64,000 nt of DNA, from positions 192,001 through 256,000 of the forward strand of contig OZ244852.1 of assembly GCA_965220965.1 (NCBI GenBank), written 5' to 3'. The stretch comes from Candidatus Marinacidobacterium sp. (lineage in GTDB: Bacteria > Acidobacteriota > Vicinamibacteria > Marinacidobacterales > Marinacidobacteraceae). The translations under genes and the position numbers were made by a program. The notes beneath the pieces were generated by a model. It was not told the origin of the DNA. It was given only the letters and a program-made list of their open reading frames with translations, and searched no databases. Below are positions 50,096 through 59,395 of this stretch, piece by piece. The stretch's first letter is position 1; every line of letters starts with the position of its first letter.

Positions 50096-51153
50096 CAAGG
50101 GGTTCCTCCATCTCCGGTTTTCGAGCTTAGCAGGCTGCCGGGAACGGGCCGGCGCCTCCCGGCGCCTGGTTTCACCAGGCGCCAGGCCGCCGGGAGGAAC
50201 GGCGCGCTGAGGGCGGCGTTCAGCAGCAGGAAGGTGAGGTGGGCCGACAGGCTGTAGGCCAGGAGCGCCGCTTCGCCAGCGGGCGCCCCGAGGGTCGCGG
50301 TGGCGGAGGCCGAATGGAACCAGAGCCAGGCCGCCTGGCTGGTCCCGACCCGCGCCACCGCGATGGGGAGCGCTCCGGCGAGGAAGATGACCGGCAGGGT
50401 GGCGATCAGCGAGAGGACTCCGATGTCGAGCCCGAAGGCGCCGAGCGCGAGGTGGTGGCCGATGGCGGCGGCCAGGAAGAGCGGCGCCTTCAGGGCGAGA
50501 ACGGCGACGTAGCGGCGCCCGCTGGCCTGGCGAAGACTCCGGAGGATCCGCCAGCGGGGCGGGGAGAGTCCCGTTCCGGCGAGCCGCCCCCGGAGGAAGG
50601 CGACGAGCAGGCCGAGCCCCGCGAGCCCGAGCGCGGCGGCCACCGGAACCCGCTCGGGCGCCTGGCTTCCGAGCGCGAGCGCGCCGATGGCGGCCCACAG
50701 AAGCAGGTGCGCCCGCTGGCAGAGATCGAGGAACAGCACGGTTCCGGCGCACTCCAGATAGCCCCCTCCCGCCGGCGTCCGGGAGAACCGGCGACCCAGG
50801 GCGCCCACCATGGCGGCCTGCGAGGCGCGCCCGTTCCAGAGACTCACCAGGTAGTCGATGGCGCGAACCGCGAGCGTATCGCCGAAGCGCAGCCCGGGCG
50901 GATGGAACCACCGCAGCACCCGGTGGAGCACCGCGGCGTCGAGCAGCACATAGGCGAGCGACACCGGAAGCAGCGCCAGGAAGAACCGGGGCAGGTCGGC
51001 CCCCGCCAGCGCCTCCAGCAGCCGCTCCGGGGGAACCCGGCGGAACAGCAGCGCGAGGATGGCCGCCGCCCCGGCGAACGGCAGCGCCGGGAGGAGGAAG
51101 CGCCGGGCGAGCGAACCGCGTTCCGCCGGACCGGGCGTGGGCGCAGCAGTCAC
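50095..51153 (-). CDS. Lysylphosphatidylglycerol synthase TM/flippase-like membrane protein
   Basis: Polytopic membrane protein with LPI....GT.Q motif. Confidence 0.65.
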   Translation of the reverse strand: MTAAPTPGPAERGSLARRFLLPALPFAGAAAILALLFRRVPPERLLEALAGADLPRFFLALLPVSLAYVLLDAAVLHRVLRWFHPPGLRFGDTLAVRAIDYLVSLWNGRASQAAMVGALGRRFSRTPAGGGYLECAGTVLFLDLCQRAHLLLWAAIGALALGSQAPERVPVAAALGLAGLGLLVAFLRGRLAGTGLSPPRWRILRSLRQASGRRYVAVLALKAPLFLAAAIGHHLALGAFGLDIGVLSLIATLPVIFLAGALPIAVARVGTSQAAWLWFHSASATATLGAPAGEAALLAYSLSAHLTFLLLNAALSAPFLPAAWRLVKPGAGRRRPVPGSLLSSKTGDGGTP

Positions 51154-51172
51154 GAGCGGGCGGACGGCAGGG

Positions 51173-51847
51173 TCAGGAACGCACGCCGGTGATCCGCACG
51201 CCGGCGTGGCGAGCGGGCCCGCGGTTCAGCTCGAGCAGGACTCCGAGGGCGGCCTCGGCGGCGCGGGCCCCCTGGAGCGGCCCGGCGGGCAGCGCGCGCA
51301 GCCCGGTCTGGCCGCACCACCGCACCGCCTCTTCACGGTCTTCGTCCCGGTCCGCGAAGACGAGAACATCGGGCGCGTCCCCGTCCTCCGGGTCATTCGC
51401 CGGATCACCTGCCAGCACGCCGGCGGCGACCGTCTGGAACGCGGCGGCGACGCGGACGCCGGCCGCGCCCGCCTCCCGCAGGGCCCGCGCCGCGTCTTCC
51501 GCCGCCGAGGTTTCGGGGCGGGAGCCGGGGGGCCAGATCACCCCGCAGTCGATGACCAGTTTGCCTTCGAGTTCGGAGGCCAGGCCGGCGAGCAGCGCCT
51601 CCCGTCCGCGGAAGGGAACGGTGAGGAAAACCACTTCGGACGAGGCCGCGGCCTCCTGGTTCGAGCATCCCTCCAGATCCCGCCGACCGAGGGCCGCTTC
51701 CTGCCGAAGCGCCGCCGCGACCGCCGCCGCCCGTTCCGGGCTGCGCGATCCGACCCGGACCCCGACGCCGCCGACCGCCAGCCGCTTCGCCAGCGCCCGG
51801 CCGAAGGGTCCGGTGCCGCCGACAACGGCGGCGCGGAGCGGTCTCAT
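51173..51847 (-). CDS. npdG: NADPH-dependent F420 reductase family protein
   Basis: GGTG.FG.ALA, V.VGSR..ERA, N.EAA, S.AE and AAFQTV.A; coupled to cofE. Confidence 0.8.
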   Translation of the reverse strand: MRPLRAAVVGGTGPFGRALAKRLAVGGVGVRVGSRSPERAAAVAAALRQEAALGRRDLEGCSNQEAAASSEVVFLTVPFRGREALLAGLASELEGKLVIDCGVIWPPGSRPETSAAEDAARALREAGAAGVRVAAAFQTVAAGVLAGDPANDPEDGDAPDVLVFADRDEDREEAVRWCGQTGLRALPAGPLQGARAAEAALGVLLELNRGPARHAGVRITGVRS

Positions 51848-52590
51848 CGGAACAGGTCCTCCGCCTCGGGGCGGACGAGCGAGGCGCCGGTCCCCGCCTG
51901 ACCCGGGAGTTCGGGTTCGAGCCCCCGCACGATCGCCGCCGGCGCCCGCCGAAGCTTGCCCATTACCAGGCCGGCGGCGGCGGCGACCTGGTCCGCGAGC
52001 GCGACCTCCGTGCTGCGGAGCTCCCGCCCCGACGGATCCCGTATCCCCCGGTAGTCCAGAAGCGCCGCCATCCCGAAGACCCCGAGCGCGACCTCGACCG
52101 CGCCCCGCCGGAAAGGGCGGCCGAACGTGTCCGTGATCACGACCGCCGGCCGCGTCCCCGCCAGCCGGCCGAGTTCCCCGGCGAGTTCCCGGGCGTCCGC
52201 GTCCGGATCCTCGGGAAGCAGCGTGAAGGTTCCGGGCGGGGCGTTCGACCGGTCCACGCCGGCGTTGGCGCACACGAACCCGTGGTGGGTCCGGGAGATC
52301 AGGATGCCCCGGTCCGCCCGCACGACCCGCTGCGTCTCGGCGAGGACCGCCTGGACTTCCCGGGGGTCCCGCTCGCTCGCGCTCGCCCAGGCGGCGACGG
52401 CGCGCGTCGGTTGCAGCTTCGTCCGCTCGACCAGGCGTCCGTTCGCCTTGGAGACGACCTTCTGGCACACGACGACGATGTCTCCCGAACGGATCCCGAC
52501 TCCGGATCGGGCGGCCGCCCCGAAGAGCAGCCCGGCGAGCCCGTCGCCGGGGAGGACTTCGGGGACCCCTTCGAGGCCGAGGATCTGCAA
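51844..52590 (-). CDS. cofE: Coenzyme F420-0:L-glutamate ligase
   Basis: QKVVSKA.G, HGFVCANAGVD.SN, LLP.DPD..A, ITDTFGRPFR.G and D.SGR.L. Confidence 0.92.
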   Translation of the reverse strand: MQILGLEGVPEVLPGDGLAGLLFGAAARSGVGIRSGDIVVVCQKVVSKANGRLVERTKLQPTRAVAAWASASERDPREVQAVLAETQRVVRADRGILISRTHHGFVCANAGVDRSNAPPGTFTLLPEDPDADARELAGELGRLAGTRPAVVITDTFGRPFRRGAVEVALGVFGMAALLDYRGIRDPSGRELRSTEVALADQVAAAAGLVMGKLRRAPAAIVRGLEPELPGQAGTGASLVRPEAEDLFR

Positions 52591-52614
52591 GGCCGGCGCG
52601 AAGTCAGCGCGCGC

Positions 52615-53490
52615 TCAGGGAGCGCGAACCACGTCGAAGTCGAGAAAGTCGTAGTGCACGCGCCGCCGGATCCGGCGGAAAAAATACACCCGGGCGTCCA
52701 CCGTCAGCGTGACTCGCTGCGGAAGCCACATGCGGCCGTCGAAGTCGCTCTCCACGTCGGCGCGGGTCCCCTTGTGGAGGCGGCCGAAGAGGCCGGCGAA
52801 GAAGTTCTGGCTCTGGACCAGCTCGGCGCGGACCCGGGCCACCTGGAGGCTCTCCGGATCGACCCAGAGCTCGCCCTGGCACTTCGAGACCGCGGAGAGC
52901 ATCCGGTTCGGGGCGTCGTCGAATCCCGGGCGGGGGCGGAACCGGATGACCTGCATCGGACGACCGCGCCAGGGCGCGCCCTGGTAGAGCCCGCCCTCGA
53001 ACATGTCGAGCTCGACGGCCTTTTCGACGATCTGGTAGAAGAGATCCATCCCGTTTCGCGGCGCCGGCTCGTGGTCGGCGTCGTTCCGTTCGAGCGCTTC
53101 GCGGTCCCGCTCGACCTGTTCGTGCGCCGCCTCGATCGCTTCCCGGAAGCGGCGGTCCTCCCGCTGGAGGCGGCGTCCCGAGATCGGTTCGCCGTCGAGT
53201 TCGCGCAGCTTCCACAGATGGAACCCGGCGATCGGCTCGTAGGTGTAGAGCGCGGTGGCGACGGCGGTGACCTCGTGCTCGGCGTCGAGCGTCTCGGTCG
53301 TGATGAGCTGCTGGTAGCGGAGGCGGCTCTCCAGCGGCCGGACCCGGCTTCGGCTCTCGAGCACGTCGGTGAGCAGTTCGATCGCCGCCCCGGCGTCGCC
53401 GAGGCGCTCGCCCGGGCGCTGCGGCGCGGCGGGCCGCGGAACCAGGACGGCGACCGCCGCCGCCGATCCCAGGAGGATCGCGCGGAACAT
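52615..53490 (-). CDS. Hypothetical exported protein (beta-rich, LolA/outer-membrane-sorting-like)
   Basis: Signal peptide after ATG 53490; F.PR...GELWVD....V.R motif; typical codon usage. Confidence 0.6.
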   Translation of the reverse strand: MFRAILLGSAAAVAVLVPRPAAPQRPGERLGDAGAAIELLTDVLESRSRVRPLESRLRYQQLITTETLDAEHEVTAVATALYTYEPIAGFHLWKLRELDGEPISGRRLQREDRRFREAIEAAHEQVERDREALERNDADHEPAPRNGMDLFYQIVEKAVELDMFEGGLYQGAPWRGRPMQVIRFRPRPGFDDAPNRMLSAVSKCQGELWVDPESLQVARVRAELVQSQNFFAGLFGRLHKGTRADVESDFDGRMWLPQRVTLTVDARVYFFRRIRRRVHYDFLDFDVVRAP

Positions 53491-53499
53491 CGGCGCTAG

Positions 53500-53716
53500 C
53501 AGTCCGTTGACAAAGTCGCGTGCAGCGCCGAGAGCGGTGAGGCGCCCGGCCGACAAGGCGCGTGAGCGAGGAATATCGGGAATATTCCGAGTGAAACGCA
53601 ACGATGAGCGCCCCAAAGGGGCGCGGTTCGGGCGGGGCCAGTCCTCCCGGTGGGGGCCATCGCCGCTCGAGCCCCTACCGGGAGAACCGGGCCGCGGGAC
53701 TTTGTCAACGGGCTGT
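53500..53716. mobile_element. MITE, copy 1 (IS5/IS1182-like ends)
   Basis: 21-bp TIRs CAGTCCGTTGACAAAGTCGCG / CGGGACTTTGTCAACGGGCTG (2 mismatches); flanked by TAG...TAG; homologous to 62051..62246. Confidence 0.85.
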
Positions 53717-53720
53717 TAGG

Positions 53721-55466
53721 CTACTGCGGGTCGGGAGCGGGCCGCAGAACCCGAAGGAGCAGCACTCCCGAAGCCGCGGCGGCCGCGGCCCACGCCAGGA
53801 TCTCGGTTCCGGGCGCGCCGAACAGCACGGATCCGGCCCCGAACAGCAGGGCGTAGGTCAGCACGCAGGCGAGCGGCCAGGCGAGGAAGGCCCTTCCGGC
53901 GCGCGGCGCCTCCTGACCGAGGCGCCGGTAGACCGCCCGCCAGCCGAACCCCGGCGGCCGCGTTTCGGTGACGAAGGCGTCGAGCCGGGCGGTTGGCTCG
54001 GGGGACGTCAGGAGCGTCGTCCCCAGCCAGATCGCGGTCGTCGCGGCGAGGCCGAGGACGAGACCGGAGAGCGAACCCGGCGCGATCCCCAGCCAGGGCA
54101 GCGCCGCCGCCACCGCGAGCGACCCGGCCATCGCGGCCACCTCGCTCCAGGCGTTGATCCGCCACCAGAGCCAGCGGGCGATGAAGAGCGGACCGGTGCC
54201 GGCGCCGATCTGGAGCAGCAGTCCGAAGCCGCCCCGCGCGGTGTCGAGCGCGAGCGTCAGGAGACCCGCCGCGGCCATGAGCGCCACGGTGGCGACCCGC
54301 GCCACCGCGACCGCCTCGCGGGATCCGGCCTGCGGGCGGAAGAAACGCCGGTAGACATCCTCGACCACGTAGGAAGCGCCCCAGTTCAGGTGGGTGTCCA
54401 CCGTGGACATGTAGGCCCCGGCGAGCGACGCCGCCGCGAGGCCGAGGAGCCCCGACGGCAGCAGGCGCAGCATGAGCGGATAGGCGAGGTCGTCTCCCAC
54501 CAGTTCCGGATCCAGCCCGGGAAGCGCCTCCCGGAGCGCGGCGAGGTCGGGGTAGACCGCGAGCGACGCCAGGGCCACCAGGATCCAGGGCCACGGGCGG
54601 AGAGAGTAGTGGGCGAGGTTGAACAGCAGCGCCCCGCGCAGGGCGTCGGTCTCGGTGCGCGCGGCGAGCATGCGCTGCGCGATGTATCCGCCGCCCCCGG
54701 GTTCGGCGCCGGGATACCAGACCGTCCACCACTGGATCGCCACCGGGACCAGGAAGAGCAGCCAGAACGCCTCGGAGCCGGTTGGGGGGACGAGCGCCAG
54801 ACGGTCGCCGAAGGTCTCGGCGATCCCCGAGAGGCCGCCGACCGCCGGATGGTCGAGGGCCCAGATCGCGGCGACCAGCGCTCCCGCCATCGAGATCACG
54901 AACTGGAACAGGTCGGTCACCACGACGCCCCAGAACCCGGCCGCCACCGCGTAGGTCGCGGCGAGCGCGCCGGCGATGAGGACCGCGGAGCCCTTGTCGA
55001 GACCGAACAGGACGCCGCCGATCTTGGCCCCCGCGAGCGTCACGGTGGCGATGACCACGCAGTTGAAGAAGACCCCCAGGTAGAGAGCGCGGAAGCCCCG
55101 GAGAAACGCCGCCGGGCGTCCGGCGTAGCGCATCTCGTAGAAGCCCAGATCGGTGGCGAGCCCGCTCCGCCGCCACAGCGGGGCGAACACGAACACGGTG
55201 AGCATCCCGGTGATGCAGAACGCCCACCACGTCCAGTTCGCGGCGACGCCGTTCTGCCGGACGAGCTCGGCGACCAGGTTCGGCGTGTCCGTCGAGAAGG
55301 TGGTGGCGACCATCGAGGTCCCGAGGACCCACCACGGCAGGCTGCGGCCGGCGAGGAAGAAGGAGCCGGTGTCGGCGCCGGCCCGGCGGGCCGCGAACAG
55401 ACCGATCCCCAGCGCGACGGTTCCGTAGAGCAGGAAGACGGCCCAGTCGAGCCCGGTGAACGCCAC
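53721..55466 (-). CDS. Sodium:solute symporter family protein
   Basis: FFLAGRSLPWW..GTSMVATTF..DTP, EPGGGGYIAQRML and AYMSTVDTHLNWG. Confidence 0.92.
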   Translation of the reverse strand: MAFTGLDWAVFLLYGTVALGIGLFAARRAGADTGSFFLAGRSLPWWVLGTSMVATTFSTDTPNLVAELVRQNGVAANWTWWAFCITGMLTVFVFAPLWRRSGLATDLGFYEMRYAGRPAAFLRGFRALYLGVFFNCVVIATVTLAGAKIGGVLFGLDKGSAVLIAGALAATYAVAAGFWGVVVTDLFQFVISMAGALVAAIWALDHPAVGGLSGIAETFGDRLALVPPTGSEAFWLLFLVPVAIQWWTVWYPGAEPGGGGYIAQRMLAARTETDALRGALLFNLAHYSLRPWPWILVALASLAVYPDLAALREALPGLDPELVGDDLAYPLMLRLLPSGLLGLAAASLAGAYMSTVDTHLNWGASYVVEDVYRRFFRPQAGSREAVAVARVATVALMAAAGLLTLALDTARGGFGLLLQIGAGTGPLFIARWLWWRINAWSEVAAMAGSLAVAAALPWLGIAPGSLSGLVLGLAATTAIWLGTTLLTSPEPTARLDAFVTETRPPGFGWRAVYRRLGQEAPRAGRAFLAWPLACVLTYALLFGAGSVLFGAPGTEILAWAAAAAASGVLLLRVLRPAPDPQ

Positions 55467-55508
55467 CCCGAAACGGTACCGGAACGGTCCTCCGACCGGC
55501 CGACCGGA

Positions 55509-56621
55509 TCAGCGCCGTCGGCGGCGGAGCGAGTCGCGGTCCACGAGGCGGACCGAGGCGGTGAACTCCTCGTCGTCCCGCCAGACCGTCAGGCGGACCT
55601 CGTCACCGACCCGGTAGCTCGTCTCGAGGAGCAGGTTCAGATCGCGTTCGCGCTCGACCGGCTGGCCGTCGACCGCGAGGAGGTAGTCGCCGCCGTAGCG
55701 GATCCGGAGGTTGCCGAGGCGGCCGAGGCGAGCGGCGCCGCGCAGGCCGGCGCGGTCGGCGGGGCCGCCGCGCGCCACCGCCCGGACCATGAGGCCTCCC
55801 TGCCGCGGCGCGGCGATCCCGGCCCGGCGGAACGCCCGCGCCACGCTCGCCGGGATCTCCTGGACCGAGACCGCGAGATGCGGGTGGGGGTAACGCCCGC
55901 TGCGGATGAGCTCGGGGACGACACGGGTCACGGTCGACGCCGGGATCGCATAGCCGATCCCGGCCGAGGTTCCGCTCGGACTCACGATGGCGGTGTTCAC
56001 GCCGATGACCCGACCGTCGAGGTCGAGCAGGGGGCCCCCGGAGTTCCCGACGTTGATGGCGGCGTCGGTCTGGATGATCTCCCCGATGAAGCCCTGGTCC
56101 GGGCTTTCCATGACGCGCCCCAGCCCGCTCACCACCCCGGTCGTCAGGGTCTGGTCGAGGCCGAAGGGGTGTCCGATCGCGACCACGAAGCGGCCCACCT
56201 CAAGTGCGTCGGAATCGCCGAGGGTCAGCGGATCGGGCCGGTTGCCGCTCGCCTCGACCCGGATCACCGCGAGGTCGTTCGTGGGGTCGGCCCCGACCAG
56301 CCGGGCCTCCGCCACCTCGCCGTCGGCGAAGGTCACCTGAAGCTGGTCGGCGCCTTCGACCACATGGAAGTTGGTGACGATGTGGCCGTCTTCGTCGTAC
56401 CAGAACCCCGACCCCGTCCCCTCGCGGGTCACCGGACCCCGGAGCCACTCGTAGCTCTGGACGGCGGCGGTGATGTTCACCACCGCCGGGCTGGCTTCCC
56501 GGTAGACCGCGCCCACCCGTCGCTCGAGCTCAATCTGGCCGGTTGCGGCGGGAAGGACCGGGGGGAGCGCCAGCCCGAGGAGGGCGGCGCCGGTGAAGGC
56601 GAGAAGGCGTCGGGTCGTCAT
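55509..56621 (-). CDS. HtrA/DegP-like trypsin serine protease with PDZ domain
   Basis: GSGF, TNFHVV, DLAVI, IQTDAAIN.GNSGGPL; C-terminal PDZ. Confidence 0.92.
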   Translation of the reverse strand: MTTRRLLAFTGAALLGLALPPVLPAATGQIELERRVGAVYREASPAVVNITAAVQSYEWLRGPVTREGTGSGFWYDEDGHIVTNFHVVEGADQLQVTFADGEVAEARLVGADPTNDLAVIRVEASGNRPDPLTLGDSDALEVGRFVVAIGHPFGLDQTLTTGVVSGLGRVMESPDQGFIGEIIQTDAAINVGNSGGPLLDLDGRVIGVNTAIVSPSGTSAGIGYAIPASTVTRVVPELIRSGRYPHPHLAVSVQEIPASVARAFRRAGIAAPRQGGLMVRAVARGGPADRAGLRGAARLGRLGNLRIRYGGDYLLAVDGQPVERERDLNLLLETSYRVGDEVRLTVWRDDEEFTASVRLVDRDSLRRRRR

Positions 56622-56665
56622 ACGGCGAGGCGTTGCGAGTGCAAGGGACCGGCCACCGGGAATTT

Positions 56666-56697
56666 TGCTACGATTCCAATGATGAAAACCGTTTTCA
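56666..56697 (+). promoter_or_regulatory. Extended -10 (TGcTACGAT) and Fur-box-like 7-1-7 palindrome TGAAAAC-C-GTTTTCA
   Basis: Perfect inverted repeat at 56683..56697 overlapping the start of the Fe ABC binding protein; AT-rich island. Confidence 0.6.
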
Positions 56698-57725
56698 CAA
56701 CCGTTTCCAGCGAGGCCGGGCGTCGTGGGCTGCTCGTCGGCGCCGGCCTCCTCCTCGGAGCGCTCTTCGCCGGCGCGTGTGGAGGTCCCGCGGCGCCGGA
56801 GTCCATCGTCGTCTATTGCGGGCGCGGCGAGAGCCTCGTCGGTCCGGTGGTGGCGGCGTTTCAGGAGGAAACCGGGATCCAGGTGGACATCCGCTATGGC
56901 GGCACCGCGGATCTGGCCGCCCAGATCCTCGAGGAGGGCGACCAGAGCCCCGCTGATGTGTATTACGGTCAGGACGCCGGGGCGCTCGGGCAACTGGCTC
57001 TGGAGGGAAGGCTGGCGCCGCTCCCGGCGGCGGTCCTCGACCGGGTCCCCGCCGGATTCCGGGATCCGGGCGGACGCTGGGTGGGGACCACCGGCCGGGC
57101 GCGGGTCTTCGTCTACAACACCGAGGCGCTCGCGCCGGAAGACGTGCCGGAGACGATCTGGGGGTTCACCGACCCGAAGTGGAGGGGCCGGATCGGCTGG
57201 GCGCCGACGAACGGCTCCTTCCAGGCGTTCGTGACCGCGCTGCGGGTCCTCGAGGGTGAGGACCGGGCCCGCGAGTGGCTCACGTCGGTGCTGGCGAACG
57301 AACCGGTCGCCTACTCCGGGAACACCGCGATCTACCGCGCGGTCGCCGACGGCGAGGTCGAACTCGCGCTGTCGAACCACTACTACCTCAACCGGTTCCT
57401 CGCCCAGGAAGGACCCGGTTTCACCGCGCGCAGCGTGAGTCCCGCCGGAGGCGGCGCGGGGGGGCTGATCAACATCTCCGGAGGCGGCGTGGTCGACACC
57501 GCAAGCAACCCCGAAGGCGCACAGCGGTTCCTGGAGTACCTGCTGACGGCCGCGATCCAGGAGCGCTTCGCCCGCGAGACCTTCGAGTATCCGCTCGTTC
57601 CCGGGATCGCGACCGACCCGTCGGTCACCCCGATGTCGGAGGTGTCTCCGCCCGAGCTGGATCTCGGAGATCTCGAGGACCTGCGGGGCACGCTGGACCT
57701 GCTGCGGGACGTCGGGGCTCTCTGA
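56679..57725 (+). CDS. Fe(III) ABC transporter substrate-binding lipoprotein (FutA/FbpA-like)
   Basis: Lipobox AGAC; Y.GR, F...TGI.V, EEG..SPADV, RARV.VYN, NHYY and FEYP; start 56679 or 56682. Confidence 0.9.
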   Translation: MMKTVFTTVSSEAGRRGLLVGAGLLLGALFAGACGGPAAPESIVVYCGRGESLVGPVVAAFQEETGIQVDIRYGGTADLAAQILEEGDQSPADVYYGQDAGALGQLALEGRLAPLPAAVLDRVPAGFRDPGGRWVGTTGRARVFVYNTEALAPEDVPETIWGFTDPKWRGRIGWAPTNGSFQAFVTALRVLEGEDRAREWLTSVLANEPVAYSGNTAIYRAVADGEVELALSNHYYLNRFLAQEGPGFTARSVSPAGGGAGGLINISGGGVVDTASNPEGAQRFLEYLLTAAIQERFARETFEYPLVPGIATDPSVTPMSEVSPPELDLGDLEDLRGTLDLLRDVGAL

Positions 57726-57791
57726 CCCGCGCCCTCGGCGCACCGGACTGACCGCTCCCGGCGCGGATCCGCTTCACCGGAATCCGAGGGC

Positions 57792-59381
57792 GTGATCCAG
57801 GACTCCGGGCCCACCCCGTCCCGGCTCCTGCGCGGCGCCGGCTTCGTGGTCGGCGCCGCGTGCGTGCTGCCGTTCGTCTACCTGGCGGCGCGGGCGCTGG
57901 CGAGCGGGGGTCTGGCCGAAGTCCTGCTGCGGGAGCGAAGCCTCGGGGTGGCGGGCCGGACGCTCGCGCTCACCGCGGCCGTCACCGCCGGGTCGGTGGG
58001 GCTCGGCCTGCCGCTCGCCTGGCTGACGACGCGGTCCGATCTGCCGGGAAGGCGGGCCTTCGGGCTGCTGCTCGCGCTTCCGCTGGCGGTTCCGTCCTAC
58101 GTGGCGGCCTTCGCGGTGGCGACGGCGCTCGGTCCCCGCGGGCTGCTTCAGCAGGTCCTCGAGCCGTGGACCGGATGGGAACGCCTCCCTCCGATCTACG
58201 GCTTCCCGGGGGCCTTCCTGGTCCTCGTCCTGCTGAACTACCCCTACGTCTACCTGGCCGCCCGCGCCCGGTTCGCGGTGATGGACGGCTCGCTCTCCGA
58301 GGCGGCGCGGATGCTGGGGGCCGGGCCGCTCCGGCGCCTCCTGCGCGTCACCCTCCCGCTGGTCGGCGGGGCGGTGCTGGGGGGCGGTCTGCTGGCGGCG
58401 CTCTATACCCTCAGCGACTTCGGCGCGGTGTCGCTGCTCCGCTACGAGACCTTCACCTGGGCCATCTACAACCAGTTGCGGGGATCGCTGGACCGCCACA
58501 CCGCCGCCGGGCTCGCGCTCCTGCTGGTGTTCGCCACCCTGATGGTGCTCGCCGCGGCGCGCTGGTTCGAGGTCCGCACCGGACCTCCGCCGGCGTCTGG
58601 CGCGGTCCGGAGCCGGCCTCCACGGCGGACGCCGCTCGGAAGGTGGCGGTGGCCGGCCCTCGGCCTCTGCGTCGCCGTCCTCGCCCCCGCGCTCATCCTC
58701 CCGGTGGGAGTCTCGCTCTACTGGCTGCTCCAGGCCCCGTCCGGGGCGTCGCTCGGGCTCGGATCGGCGGCGCTCCGGACGAGTCTCGCCGCCAGCCTCG
58801 CCGCTCTCGTGACCGCCGCCGCGGCGATCCCGATCGTCTTTCTGGTCGTGCGGTTCCCCTCCCGGCTCCATACGCTTCTGCGCGCGGCGTCGCACATCGG
58901 GTTCGGGCTTCCCGGGCTGGTCGTCGGGCTTTCGCTGGTGTTCTTCTCGGTGAGCCTCGTTCCGGTTCTCTACCAGACGATGGCGCTGCTGGTGTTCGCC
59001 TACATGGTCCACTCGCTGCCGCAGGCGGTCGCTCCCCTCGAGGCCACCCTGGCGTCCCTGAGTCCGCGGTTCGATGACGCGGCGCGGACGCTCGGAGCCC
59101 GGTGGCTGCGCCGGCACGGGCGGATCACCGCTCCGCTGCTGGGGCCCGGTCTGGCCTCGGCGCTGGCGCTCGTGTTCCTGACGACGGTGAAGGAGCTCCC
59201 GGCCACCCTGATGCTCGCGCCCACCGGATTCCGCACCCTGGCCACCACGGTGTGGAGCGCGGCGGAGAACGTGGAAATGGGTCGGGCGGGGGCGGCGTCG
59301 CTCCTGCTCCTGCTGGTCTCGGCGCTGGCGCTGGCCTTCGTCCTGCGGCCGAACCGCCCGCTTCGGCCGGCGGTGCGCTGA
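57792..59381 (+). CDS. Fe(III) ABC transporter permease (FbpB-like)
   Basis: Duplicated permease with EAAR.LG and DAAR.LG, DFGAVS.LRY and KELPAT. Confidence 0.92.
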   Translation: MIQDSGPTPSRLLRGAGFVVGAACVLPFVYLAARALASGGLAEVLLRERSLGVAGRTLALTAAVTAGSVGLGLPLAWLTTRSDLPGRRAFGLLLALPLAVPSYVAAFAVATALGPRGLLQQVLEPWTGWERLPPIYGFPGAFLVLVLLNYPYVYLAARARFAVMDGSLSEAARMLGAGPLRRLLRVTLPLVGGAVLGGGLLAALYTLSDFGAVSLLRYETFTWAIYNQLRGSLDRHTAAGLALLLVFATLMVLAAARWFEVRTGPPPASGAVRSRPPRRTPLGRWRWPALGLCVAVLAPALILPVGVSLYWLLQAPSGASLGLGSAALRTSLAASLAALVTAAAAIPIVFLVVRFPSRLHTLLRAASHIGFGLPGLVVGLSLVFFSVSLVPVLYQTMALLVFAYMVHSLPQAVAPLEATLASLSPRFDDAARTLGARWLRRHGRITAPLLGPGLASALALVFLTTVKELPATLMLAPTGFRTLATTVWSAAENVEMGRAGAASLLLLLVSALALAFVLRPNRPLRPAVR

Positions 59382-59395
59382 GCGGGGACGGACCG

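Noticed and set aside
53496-53719. Small ORFs inside the MITEs, or a CRISPR/ncRNA interpretation
   Set aside because: TIRs and target duplications explain the element; no repeat-spacer periodicity; the ORFs are not conserved between copies
53604-56678. Apparent 1373-aa fusion ending in the Fe-binding protein
   Set aside because: The upstream part is antisense to the SSS and HtrA genes; the real start is at 56679/56682. The same applies to the extensions of 39816..43091 and 314..2791
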